Of a stretch of 64,000 nucleotides of DNA, positions 38,625-50,081 are shown in pieces. The notes under the pieces were generated by a model that was given only the letters and a program-made list of their open reading frames with translations, searched no databases and was not told the origin of the DNA. A program made the translations under genes and the position numbers. The number at the start of each line of letters is the position of its first letter. Positions within the stretch are counted from its first letter, which is position 1. The stretch spans positions 4,833,092-4,897,091 of the forward strand of contig BDGG01000003.1 of assembly GCA_001949185.1 (NCBI GenBank), in the 5' to 3' direction. The stretch comes from Ramazzottius varieornatus. Taxonomy: Eukaryota; Animalia; Tardigrada.

Positions 38625-40614
38625 TTAAATTTTCTTCTTGTCTTCCGCAGTGGAATCACCAGCAGCTACTTTTCTTCTATTCAGATTCACTTCTTGTGCT
38701 GCTTGACTTTTCGGGGTTGCAGACAGCTTACTCCTAACAGATGCGATGTCAGTAACGGTCAGTAGCATCATGATGTTGACCGCCATGAACAGCAGGCTAG
38801 CCACCCAAACCAGGAACAGCACTTCCTGCTGCTGAAACTCAAACAGGTAAGCTGTGCCCAACCAAAACGCCATGGACCCGAACCAGGAATACCCAAGGCT
38901 CTTTAGTCGCGGTGAAAGTGGGTAGCCAAACTTCGGAATGACCAGAGGTAAGAACGTCAGGTACCACATGAAGTACTGCAAGCAGAAAAACGGTTAAAAA
39001 AGTCATCATGTTAGCCCTACTGTTAAACTCGCGCACTATGCCCAAGAGAATAATGGAAAAGTGCGCCGTTCGGTCAGGAAACAGGAGCATTTTCTCGCCC
39101 CGACCTGCTGGCGCAATTTACCGTTAACATGAACCATAAAGTGCACAACCTGATCAAGGAACAAAACGATTTCCCGCCCGGGACAGTGGCGCATCTCCCC
39201 ATGAGCAAAAGCGACAAAGCGCGCGAACCGAAATTCGGAAAAAAACGCAGGTGGAGAGTTGTTACCTGAACCGTGCAGACTTTGTTGAAGATGACAAAGA
39301 CGAAGGTGTTTAGAAAGCACACGAAGGGTAGATCGCGGAAGTACTTGAAGGAGTACCAAATCCAAAATGCGACTTGTGGAACGAAAGGCGCTAAGTTCAG
39401 GGCTTGTTCGTACGGAGATCCGACTGTCTTTCTCAGAATGTAGAACCACGGTGAGAAGTTATGCTGGATATCCCGACGCGTCAAATGGTACAGATACGTC
39501 TCTTTGATGAACTCCTGCCCATATATCGCGTAGAAAAGTCCTGTGAGAATGCAAAAGGACAAAGCGGAACTCAGCACGAAGGCAATCTTATTTTTATTTG
39601 GAGTCAGCAACCGAATGATTCGCTTCATTCCAATCGACGAGCCTTCTTCACGCTCGGAAGTACAGTAAAAGTACAACGGCACGGCGTAACATATCGGGTA
39701 GATTTTGAAATGCACGGAAAGGCCGAAGACGAGGCCGGAAAGGAGGCACTTCCGGTCCATGTGAAGGACGAGGTTGAGAAGACACAAGACGCTCATGATG
39801 GACTCGGCGTTGCCTCGTGTCGAGACGTTGATGGCCACAGGGTTGTACAAAGCCACCATCATGCAGTTCTTCATGGTGTCTTTATTGACTTTCATTCGTT
39901 GGAGAATAATGAAAGTCAGGTACGCAGCGACAACGTCCAGGAAGGCGAAGAGAGCTTTACCGAAGGCGGGGTGAATGAAATTGTTAGGAAGGAGCATATA
40001 GGCGAGAAGTGGAGTGTAGCGGTATGTGTCTCGATTGTACGGAGACTTTTCCTGCAACAACGAAATGACGTTAGGTTTTTTTGGTGCCACTTTGATGGGG
40101 CAGAGAACAGCTTTCCGGTCGTTGCTTTTCCAACCCGCGCACTTTATCGCTTAACGTAATGGTACGGTGCGCCACTTTGCCACGGCAAAGAACTGCTTCT
40201 CTTCTCTGGTCAATCTGCGCACTTTTCCATTACAACTGGCGGCGTAGTGCGCGAGGATTGCAGTGTATTTTAGATGATGACTTCCTCTTCTTTTTGCTTG
40301 CAGTACTATATACTGTACTAAAGCCCCTCTTTGTAGTCATATAAAAGTTCGGCTGGCCACTTTCGCCAGTCATGTGAGGAAGAATTACTTACTTGGCTAA
40401 CCCATGTGGCTGCATCGGAGAAGACTCGGTAATCAATGTCGGTGTAGTTAAGGTGCAGGGCTTGGTCGTGGAATTCTCCGTAGATGATCATGAAGAGTCG
40501 GAACAGAAAGGCGATGCCGAAGTGGTCGTAGAGGAAGCTGTACGGCGTGTTGAACTTCGAGAAGTCGATGATGTTCTCCGCTGTGCTGGGCTCGATCTCC
40601 GTCATAGGATCCAT
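38625..40614 (-). CDS. PIGM: GPI mannosyltransferase 1 (PIG-M)
   Basis: Exons 40614-40393, 40051-39266, 38975-38625. Motifs YTDIDYRVFSDAA (DXD), SPYNRDTYRYTPLLA, STRGNAES, YLYHLTRRDIQHNFSPWFY, FNKVCTVQYFMWYL. Confidence 0.95.
39030..39240. repeat. Degenerate palindromic N25 element (PIGM intron)
   Basis: GCGCAC..GTGCGCCG; TGGCGCAA..GTGCAC; AGTGGCGCAT. Confidence 0.55.
40075..40255. repeat. Degenerate palindromic N25 element (PIGM intron)
   Basis: CCAACCCGCGCAC..GTGCGCCACTT; CAATCTGCGCAC..GTGCGCG. Confidence 0.6.
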
Positions 40615-41596
40615 CTGCGCAGGTCCTCACAATCCGAATCGACGAAGTTCAGGTCCGACTAGTGGAGGCTGTCATCCCAGACTTCAACGTAAAACCTGCA
40701 ACGACAGCAACGTTCGCGTGAGACGAGAAAGGAAAACGAATTCAGAATGGATGAAGTGGATAAAAACAGACTCGAAAGTCGAAACTTGTTCGAAGTTTGT
40801 AATCTGCACCAGTTGATCTGACAATACTGTATGCACTAGACATTGTGCGCACAATTGACTATCCGGCCAAATAGAATACGTGCGCATGCACAAAATGCGA
40901 ATTCGAGGCGTGGTTTTGCCTTGGAATCGTGTGTGTTCTATGGTTCGCAGATCAGCATGGACGTACCGGATCGAGCAGAAAACGCAGCGTCCGTGACTAT
41001 AATGTGGAGCTAATGACGCAGCGTCTGTATAGACGTTGCGTTATCTCCTCGAACCGAAAGCGATTTTTTTTGCATTGCACCGTCATCGATCGTTGATTTT
41101 CGTGGATGGCAGGCCCCTGTAGTCTCCCCGACTCTCCCGGCATTCGCTTTCCACCGGAAATTTCCCTCTGGACAGCAGAAAAGCGTTCCGTATCTTAATC
41201 GAGCCTTAGGCATGTATCCACGAAAAGAAGACGATGGTCGTGGAATCTGTGTCTGACATTTGTTTTTCTTTAGAGGTGGGCATCGACAACTGACAACATC
41301 AAAGAAATTCTCGGTTAAGTTACATCGTGGGATTCTTCGGTGTCCTTACTCCTTCCTTGTAGCGTCCTCTGGTACCTCTACGTAGAACAAGCATACGGTC
41401 AGTGTTGCGGACCAAGATGTCGGCGTAGTGTTCCTGGTAGGCGCCGACAGTGTTCATAAAACCTCCGATCAGGTGGACGTTAAACCTCTTTACTCACTAT
41501 TCCCCACCCATCGCCGTTCGGTCCACTATGTCCTTAAATCCCTCCAGAAGATCTGCTCTTGCACGTGTAATCTGTCTCGTTTAATGGTGTTCATAC

Positions 41597-41839
41597 CTAG
41601 ACTGGATTTAGCCAACGTTTGGGTAGAGGCGTAGATCTAGGGCTATCGGCTACTTTGTGAAGTAGCCGAAAGGTCACTTTGGCTATATTGCAACAAAAAA
41701 AGAAGCCAAAGTGACCTTTTGGCTACTTCACGAAGTGGCCAATGGCTACTTTCTCACTAGCCATAACCACTTCGAAGTAGCCATAGATACTCCGAAGTAG
41801 CCATCGGCTCTAGCCAAACTTTGGCCAAGTCCAGTCTAG
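41597..41839. mobile_element. Foldback/MITE-like element with ~32-bp TIR and internal GGCTACTT/AAGTAGCC repeats
   Basis: CTAGACTGGATTTAGCCAACGTTTGGGTAGAG versus the reverse complement of CTCTAGCCAAACTTTGGCCAAGTCCAGTCTAG; second internal IR at 41648-41740. Confidence 0.7.
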
Positions 41840-42594
41840 TCGCCGCACGAGAAGAATGTCTTGTTCCTCGTCCGTTCGAACGCATACCCTTTTGAAGTGT
41901 TGATAGAGTGTTCCTTCAAATCTCGATCCGTCTTTGCTTATCATCGCAATCCGATGCGCATCCCGTCGCAGTCCGAATTTTTAATCGTCGGGTTGTAATT
42001 ATACATTCCCGGAGGGACTTTGATTTGCTATCATGCTTCCTTCCGTCTTTCGGCGGTCCGCATCGTTCATGGCAGCAACGGGAACCTGTTGGACGTGACG
42101 AGACAAGCTGTCGTCACGAATCTTCCTGACGTACGGTATGTACTTGGTTCGTTCTGAAGTTTGAATCTTTCACGGTTGAACATTCCTGTAAGACTTCTGC
42201 ATTTCGCGGCAGTCGATTCTTACTATTATAATCTAACTGAATTTTACTTTGATACGTTTTGTGCCTTTCTATTATTTTTCTAGAATTCTGGATGCTGCAA
42301 GGTTGGTTTGTTCCGTTTGATGCAAATTCAAGCAGCATTTAATGCCTTTCTCTGTGTTGTTCTTTTTGGAATCTGCGGTCGAATCAGGAAAAACCAGACC
42401 TTCCCAGTGGGAAGTTCAGTAGAAAGAGGTTTCTTCTCCGACTATAACTCTTGGACTGTAGGCACGTGGGAACACTGCAACGCAAGAAAGTGCAAGAACC
42501 AGTATTGTTCCGATACGACAGCGGAACTAATTCGAATCGGGTCGCCCATGTTCAGTCTACGGCTACAGCGGGCCATATCGGAATGAATTCTGCA

Positions 42595-43345
42595 TTATGC
42601 ATTAATATACATTGTATCGGAACAACACTGGCAAGAACCCGATGACATCCAGGAATCAGCTGGGCTTCGTTATCCGGGAATGCTTGCTTCTTTGAATTTC
42701 CGGCGAGCGAGGGGGATGTCGTCCGAAATTGTCCCAGTTTTGATATCACCAAAATAGACTCGAGAAATCACATCGAGAAGAGAGGAAACGGCCTGTTGCT
42801 TCCTGTAAACGAAACGTAAATTTGAGTTCGAAAACAAAGGGCAGTTGCCCAATTTCAGCGCATGGCTAATTCAACATCATCAAGATGGTGCGCAGCATCA
42901 GCTTACCGTAAATTACCCTTCCAAGGTACGCCACCAAATCGATGAGGGAAGTATGAGATGATCGCGAAACCGCACGGCATATCCTTTCTAAAGTCAGAAT
43001 TTGTCAGAAGAAGCCAACTTAGAGTTCAAGCTCTGACTCACATTGTCCAAGAATGTATCGTTCCGTTGCGAATGAGTAGGTCAGGATGAAATCCCGATCG
43101 ACATTCCACCTCACCTCTGTGACTGTTTCCCAACGTTTGCTCCATCCAAATATAAAGCCTTCCATATAGCCATCGACTTCTGCTCGTTGATTGCCTTCGA
43201 ATATACCAGCTTCTTGAGACCTAGACGACAGCATATCAAAGCCAACAGACAACGTTTGAGCAAGCATCAAGGTGACCAAAACGTTAATGGCTTTGTACCG
43301 TTCTTCGTGCTTCAGTAAACTGTCAAAGACGTCCGTACCGTCCAC
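42595..43345 (-). pseudogene. LTO1: LTO1/ORAOV1 homolog (Yae1-Lto1 Fe-S adaptor for ABCE1), apparently damaged
   Basis: Exons read DVFDSLLKHEER / SQEAGIFEGNQRAEVDGYMEGFIFGW / KGYA-CGFA / RKQQAVSSLLDVIS...ARRKFKE / CCS. This fits the LTO1 layout (DIFD..EERF, G-x3 repeats, GF, KFK). GTG occupies the expected start, exon 42907-42987 is out of phase, and there is a GC donor at 42687. Confidence 0.65.
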
Positions 43346-43749
43346 CTTTCGGCGGATGCCGTTCTTTCCCTCTATCTTCCAGGTATTAGACCAGTCCGAG
43401 GGTCGGCAGGTGCTCTCGAGAAGATAAGGACTTTCCTATAGAAGTACTAGAAGATGAGACAAGATGGCAGAAGTTGAGAAAAAGTTCATGACGGTTGAAT
43501 GAAACCAAATTTCGACAACGCTTTGTTTACGTTCAATCAAGTTCAATCAAGCAATGGTTGAAAGCAACGGGTGGGTGGGGCTCACTCATTCGTTTGATCT
43601 TTGAAGAGCCATTCATGCTTTGACCGTTTGACGTCATGGACGACTGTATTAAATTTGATCTTCTTTGCAGACTTCTTCCACTTTCGGAGTCTGATTCCGA
43701 CTGTCGTGTTCTGTAGTTCTGTTTGGTTTTGCTGTAGGAAGAAAGAGTG

Positions 43750-44963
43750 ATGTCTGCACCAGGATCGTCTGGAAGCAACGTGATTCTAGCGACAGGAGGA
43801 TACGACCACACCATTCGTTTCTGGCATGCCCACACAGGTGTCTGCTGCAGGACAGTCCAGCACCCTGATTCTCAAGTAAACGCCCTCGCCCTGAACTCCA
43901 GCAAGGACACACTAGCTGCCGCAGGATACCAGCACATTCGTCTGTACGAAGTGAACTCTCCCAACCAACAACACGACAAGTCTTACGAAGGCATCAGCAA
44001 GAACGTTCTCGGGGTGGGATTTCATCAGGACAGTCGATGGATGTACACTGCAGGTCAGCTTCCACCTTCAAATATCCCACATTCAACTCTCTAATATTCG
44101 ATGTTATTCAGGAGAGGATGGTACGGCACGGATATGGGACCTCCGTGCTAACTCAACCAGCAGCCAGAAGTCCAACCAAGTCAACTGTCCACTCAGCAGT
44201 ATTTGCCTTCATCCCAACCAAGCTCATCTGGTCTTCTCCGACCAGAATGGCAGCGTCTTCGTATGGGACCTTCGAGCAGACAAGACACAGAAGATATGCC
44301 CGGATAAAGGCACCAACATTGTCGCGTTGGATATCGACCCGGAAGGCGTCTACCTAGCTTGTGTAACCTCCAAAGGTAGACTTGCTATTTCGCTCTTTCA
44401 CTTCGCGCATGACGTCATGCTAGACACATTGAATTGAATGACGTACTTGGACGGTCTTGCGCGAGTTTCGCTTTTTCGCCATATCGAGGCTCGAGCTCAT
44501 CGGTTTCCTGCGATGCTTTTGTACCCCTGTTAGCGTATACGCAAATAAACGTTTCCTTGTGTATCTTGCAGGTGTTCTACATGTGTACTCTATTTCTGGA
44601 CTGACACAAGACTCGATGGAATTTAAAGCAACGCCGACAAACTTCTCACCCACAACGGCGCATTCCTCCTACGGTCTGAAGGTTCGCTTCAGTCCCGATT
44701 CCACACTTCTCGTTACAGCTTCCGCCGACAAGACGGTCAAGACGTGGACGACGTCCGATCTCGGCCTGGTATCGACGTTCAAAGACGAAAAGCAGAAGTG
44801 GGTATGGGATGCAGTATTTTCTCTAGACAATGAACATATCATTTCCGCGTCCTCTGACGGCATTGCTCGATTATGGTCCGTTCACGACAAAACTGTCAGA
44901 AGAGAATATATTGGCCATCAGAAAGCCATTACTGCTCTAGCATTCGCTGATTCAGTTGCATAG
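43750..44963 (+). CDS. MLST8: Target of rapamycin complex subunit LST8 (WD40)
   Basis: VILATGGYDHTIRFW...RTVQHPDSQVNAL; WMYTAGEDGTARIWDLR; RFSPDSTLL.TASADKT; WVWDAVFS; exons 43750-44053, 44112-44375, 44572-44963. Confidence 0.96.
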
Positions 44964-45007
44964 GTAAACTTTCATGTAAAAGATGCGTAAAATTGAAGCA
45001 GCGAAAC

Positions 45008-46804
45008 TCAGGCCGTTACTTCCGGTGCGTATTGTTTGCTCACTCTATCGAACTCTCTTTCCTACGACGAAAAAGGTTTTTCGATATTCTAACACGTCAA
45101 CGAATAAAAAGTTGGAATTACAAGCCCAATGATCTTACTTTGTTCGCCCATAACTGACTGACGGGATGGTTCGGATGCGAGTCTCGAAGTTGGTTGACGT
45201 AACGGTTTATCACGTCTTCGGACTTGTCAGTGTGCCGACTACAGATCACCAGGTTGATGAGAATGTTGGGGTTATTGGAATCCTATCCAACAACAGACAG
45301 ACGCTCGTAAAAGGGGAACGATAAAAGAGAAGCCAAGACGAGGGTAATTGAACCTTCTGAAGGGCTTCCTGCAAGAAGCTTTCCGCTTCCTCGTATCTGC
45401 CCATGTTAACCAGCGCAGTGACCATGCCGTTAAGCGCGATCGTCGAGTGGGCGTACTTGTCAAACAGATCGTGGAAAATGTGGTACGCTTCCTGAACGTG
45501 CTTTCCGTTCTACAAAGCGAACATATGCGAAACTCAAGGTCGGTACTCCGCAAGACCTTGAAACACAGGTGACAGGTGATGGAACTCAGGGAAAACTCAC
45601 CAGCTGCATATTGAGGGTTGCTTCGGCCAACTGCGTCAGCGTGGCGTCCTCATCGGTCTCTTGCATTCGTTTGACTACTTTCCTGGAAGGAAAGAAGAAG
45701 CATAGCTGAAAGGAAAGACTACAGCACGATTGTATGAGTGGCTCCTGCAGATTTCGTTGTCCACTTACCCGGCTTGATCCGGTCGTTCCATCTTGCAGTA
45801 AGCGAAGACCGAATACGCCAAGCTGGAACACAATTCAAAATGAAGGTTTTTCAAGTGATGGGGCCGGAAGATTGAACCCAGAAGCGGTTCACGGAGAAAC
45901 AGAAATAACACAGTACGGACCATTCGAGATGGTCGGATTGGTGCAGGACGCGTAAAGCCGCCTCATAATTCTATAAAGAGATACGCAGAATCAAGATGAG
46001 TGGGTCGTCCGTCCAGAAAGCATTGCGGCTGCCGAGTTTACGGTTTACCTCTTCGTAACAGTAAATGGTAGCTGCGGTGACGAAGAAAACGTAGTTGGAA
46101 CTGGCGACTTCGCCGGAATTCAGCTTGTCATCAACCTTCTTCACCACAGTCGCCCTACAAACAGCTCAAATTAGTCAGTCTGAACTACGACCTAAGCAGA
46201 ACCCACAAGACAGATTCGTTTTCTCAAGTGGCGTACGCTTCCAGCCAATAACACCATACACATGCGCCACTTGGGAAAACAGTCAATCTTGATAAGATCC
46301 TTTTCTCCAGGTGGCGCAAGCTTCCAGCAAATAACAGTATAATTGTGCGCCACTTGGAAAACCATCTTGTCGGTTTGTCTGGCAAGCTTCCACTTAGCTA
46401 ACGGCCTCGTTGCAGCCAAACAATGGGCTTCTCACGTCGCGTACTTTTTATTCTCGTCTACGTTCGATCCTTGACTGATTTGTAAGTATTCGACCAGCAG
46501 ACTCAACGATTTAAGCTCTTGGGAGGCCGTGCTGCGTAGTTCGTCGAGGACAAGCTTGTATTTCTCCAGTCCAATATACGCTCGGTACATGTAGACGTCC
46601 CGTTCTAGCTGCAGGTCGGGTGTTGTCACCTTAAAGACCAGCTTGATTACCAAAAACCGAGGTCCGAAAGATGTCGATTGTCGAGTGGTATGACTGGCCT
46701 ACCTTGGCTTTCTGAGCGTCGTTTACACAGCGTTGAAATTCGCCGAGATAGTACATGTTCTTGATCTCGAACAACGGATCCGTTCCAGATTCCCGCTGAG
46801 CCAT
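45008..46804 (-). CDS. COPE: Coatomer subunit epsilon, multi-exon
   Basis: DPLFEIKNMYYLGEFQRCVNDAQ; LERDVYMYRAYI; KRMQETDEDATLTQLA; DSNNPNILINL...RYVNQLRDSHPNHP; last exon EREFDRVSKQYAPEVTA*. Confidence 0.92.
46200..46392. repeat. Palindromic N25 element, 2 modules (COPE intron)
   Basis: Two modules with 25-nt spacers GCTTCCAGCCAATAACACCATACAC and GCTTCCAGCAAATAACAGTATAATT. Confidence 0.9.
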
Positions 46805-46982
46805 AATGGTGGTTCTTGACAAGCAGTTCACGCACTCCAGACAGAAGACGAGAGGCAGTAAGATAAGAGGTCCGCGGAAGAAGTGGACGAACAAAAACCG
46901 GATCCTGGAATGACTGACCAACGTGGCAAATTTGTATTGCACTGTGCTTGATTGTTGATTGCTGAGAACAATGAATGAAGAT

Positions 46983-47002
46983 TTCCGGTGACGTCACCGG
47001 AA
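46983..47002. promoter_or_regulatory. Perfect 20-bp palindrome TTCCGGTGACGTCACCGGAA (CRE flanked by ETS cores) upstream of COPE
   Basis: Read directly; about 180 bp 5' of the COPE ATG. Confidence 0.6.
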
Positions 47003-47430
47003 GCTCGGATTCCCTTCCGGTCACTCAGACAGCAGCTTAGCAGCTCACCTGCGCCGCAAGGCCAAAGAGCACGGCTTTACTTTGAGGATCTCAGTAAGAT
47101 ATACTTTCTACTGTTCGGACTAGGTGAAATGAGCCTCATGCGGCAGAACGAGAAGTCCGCAACCTGTGTGCTTACGTCGCAAAGACCAACCGGGAAGTCT
47201 CGCAGCCCGGTCACTGAACTCACTGAAGTCTGAATTGTGTCTCGGAGTATCCCAAAATTATACACGGGCTGCTGCTCGTTGTCGGTGTCGCAAGCGCAGT
47301 AGTAACAGTATCACGGACGCTACCGATGAATTCACGGTTCACAAACGTCTGACGATATAGAGAACGAACAACACTCGAATCGATCCCTCAAATATCTTCA
47401 CAAGGCCTCGAACATTTAAATTCAAAGGCG

Positions 47431-48597
47431 CTAATACCAGAAAGTCTGTGGCTGCTTCCCGTTTTCCACGATACCCATTTGCTGCATGATATCTTGTTCG
47501 AAGGTAAGAAGAGAAGGCTTGAATGTGACTTCCGTTACTTCCTTCTTCAAAGTGTCTTTCGGCTCATCTGCAAACATAGTCGTTTTAGAGTCATCCCACA
47601 TAGACATACACAAGGAACAGTTCTAGGAAGCATTAGCGAATAAACCATTCACGGACCTCTGTAAGTTGCCCTCGACTTGAATTCGTAAGTTTCCTGCGCG
47701 ACCATGGGCTTAGGGATTATCCTTCCGGTCCTTTTGGACACGCGAACTCGCTCGCCTTGCTCAGTATACCTCCACTCGATTTCTGTCGCCGAGCTATAAA
47801 GTAAGAGAAATATATTTCGAAACATAGCCACAATCGGTAAATCCTTCCGTCAGTCGCAAAAGCCTTAATATCACGAACACAGACTAATCGTCAAAACGGA
47901 AGCTAACTTAGACATTTCATGAAATCGACGCAAACGTCATCAGCATACTCAGATTACAACGTGCAGAGGCCATTACACCCACCCGCTCGATGACGTAATG
48001 CGCGAAGTGAACACGTTTCTACTTACTTGTCTACGGGATCAATCAATGCAACCTCTGTAGCGACATCCAATGGCATTTCTTTTGCGACGACTTTGCCTGG
48101 CATTCCTTCGAATTTTCCGTAGGTTTCGTATTTCTGGAAGCAGAAACCATCTGATAGTTTTCCATAAGAGTTGTGGTCATTTGTAGGTGGACCGAGGTGG
48201 ACTTACCAGATTTTTACCTCCGACGAAACACCAATTCCTCTCTTTCACCGTCTGTACGACTTCACCGCGTTTGCCTTTATCTCTCCCTATGAGGATCTGG
48301 ACCTGCAAGAGAAGTATGGAGTCTTTGGAGTTGCAAGAACGTCCCACGACTCACCATGTCTCCTCTGTAGACGTGGAACTCGGGAAGAGGAACGTGCACA
48401 AGCCGATTGTGCGGGCCAATTTTCCTGTTGACGGAATTCTCTAATTTCTCCTCCATACTCCATGGCCGGTGCTCCGTGTACCGGTAATTATATCTTTTAT
48501 AGTCCGGATGCCTTTTCAAACCTTTCTCCCTTTCAACGTATGTCTTTGGGAAGTTCCTGAAGTACGTATCGAGGCGCGGGAGAGTGATACGGACCAT
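47431..48597 (-). CDS. MRPL24: Mitochondrial ribosomal protein L24 (uL24m), multi-exon
   Basis: [26 protein letters not shown]; ALIDPVDK; [24 protein letters not shown]; [23 protein letters not shown]. Confidence 0.92.
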
Positions 48598-49478
48598 GGC
48601 GAGCGAATATGAGCAGCAATACAAATCACCAGGCCGTCTTTGTGTTCGTGCGAGATCCGGCAGCGGCAGAGCTCCGTCCGGAAGGATAACGATTTCTATA
48701 CCCGTCAACAAGGTTGGACGATGCAGGCAATGGTGCATCGGATGAGTGTTTCAGGAGAACATCAATGCAGGAAATGCGGAAAAATTCAGAAATTTGGAAT
48801 TAGAAGTTTGAAAACTGAAATTTTGTAGAAAAACGAATCCAATCAACAATCAACTGTGCATTGTTGATTGGCTCGCTGCCCGCTTGCCACAAGACTGTAA
48901 TGCATGCTCCTAGGCGGAAGTGAACGTAGTCTCTGGACTCTAGTCTTTTAGCCTAGAGAGCTCCGCCTAACGATGCTGCTACGATACTTCGGTGCGCCTT
49001 TGTTGTTTCTACCGCTGCTGAAACAACATCCAGAACAAGCGCAGGAGTTCATCAATCATTCCAGTAATCATGTGACAATGATAATATTAGCGAAAAACCG
49101 CTGGAAACTTTCTCTCGCTGTCCCCCATCTTGTCACGAACCTCCTGTAGACGGCTGACAACATCATTTATTCAGAAACAGGAATACTACGTGGCTAACAG
49201 ATTAAAACAAAAACTGCAAATAAAACATTCCGCACTCACCAAACTAAAATTAAAATTGAAAGAGTAGTAATACTGGAAGTCTAAAAGATTTTAGACAGAG
49301 GAGATACCTCTGATCCATCATCTTCTTGGTGTTGTTCTTTGCACGGCTGGCCGGGAACTTTGGTCTAGTGACTGGGGGTTGTGGGGCATCCATTGATTCT
49401 TGAGTAAAACGGTAAAGGGAACAATTCTTCATAAAAACCATGAGCATCCAGCCCTCCCCAACACGTTTCACACACTCG

Positions 49479-50081
49479 TTAGCTTGGCTTTCCTTGAAAA
49501 GCTTGAGGGGCTTTGAAGGCATGCGAGTTCTCTTTGGGAGAATGATGATTTGAGCCTCCAGATGCTGCTGCAGAGTTTGTAGACATCTTGGAGAAGTTGA
49601 GAAGAGCTTCCGAGAAGTTTGGTGGTGTTGCTGGAGTGTTAGCTGGCGCACACATCTACGGGGGAAAAACATGATGAACGTTTGGGACGGGAGCAAATGA
49701 ACTGGACCAGAGTGGCGCACATATTCAGTACTATTTGCCGAAACTGTGCGCCACATCGAAAAACGGTCTGGATCCATCCATTGTTCTACGTTATTGTTGA
49801 TTGATTGGAAAAAAAGTTCTTCATTGCAGATGGATGAACTTACAGGGTTCTGTTGCTGCCGTATGGATGCCGGGGGTGTCGCTCCTTGGAAGAACTTGCT
49901 CAGAGCAATCTTAGGAGGAAGATTGGAAGCAGGTAAGGTTGAGTTGCAAGATGGAATAATAGAGACTACGAACCTCCAGCTGCCAGTTTGTGTTCTTCAG
50001 AGCGGTTTGCGCATCATCAGACGAACATCCGGTTACCATTGCGAACTGGTTCACCATGACGCTTTGCTTCAGGCCGTCCAT
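49479..50081 (-). CDS. UBALD1: UBA-like domain-containing protein (UBALD/FAM100)
   Basis: Exons 50081-49974, 49909-49844, 49655-49479: MDGLKQSVMVNQFAMVTGC...NWQLEIALSKFFQ...MCAPANTPATPPNFSEAL. Confidence 0.88.
49700..49775. repeat. Palindromic N25 element, 1 module (UBALD intron)
   Basis: GAGTGGCGCAC..GTGCGCCAC. Confidence 0.78.

Noticed and set aside
39461-40159. Long antisense or alternative-frame ORFs (also 6674-7186, 10280-10951, 59314-59811, 60490-61008)
   Set aside because: Shadow ORFs opposite well-supported genes, with no recognisable motifs.
49640-49655. GTGCGCCA core inside coding exons (UBALD here, synaptotagmin-like gene at ~63563)
   Set aside because: Single half-sites encoding conserved residues (MCAP; VRHW), with no partner arm at 25 nt; treated as coincidence.
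45008-50081. Operon-like same-strand cluster UBALD-MRPL24-COPE
   Set aside because: The intergenic gaps are 0.6-0.9 kb and contain their own promoter-like motifs; there is no evidence for polycistronic transcription.
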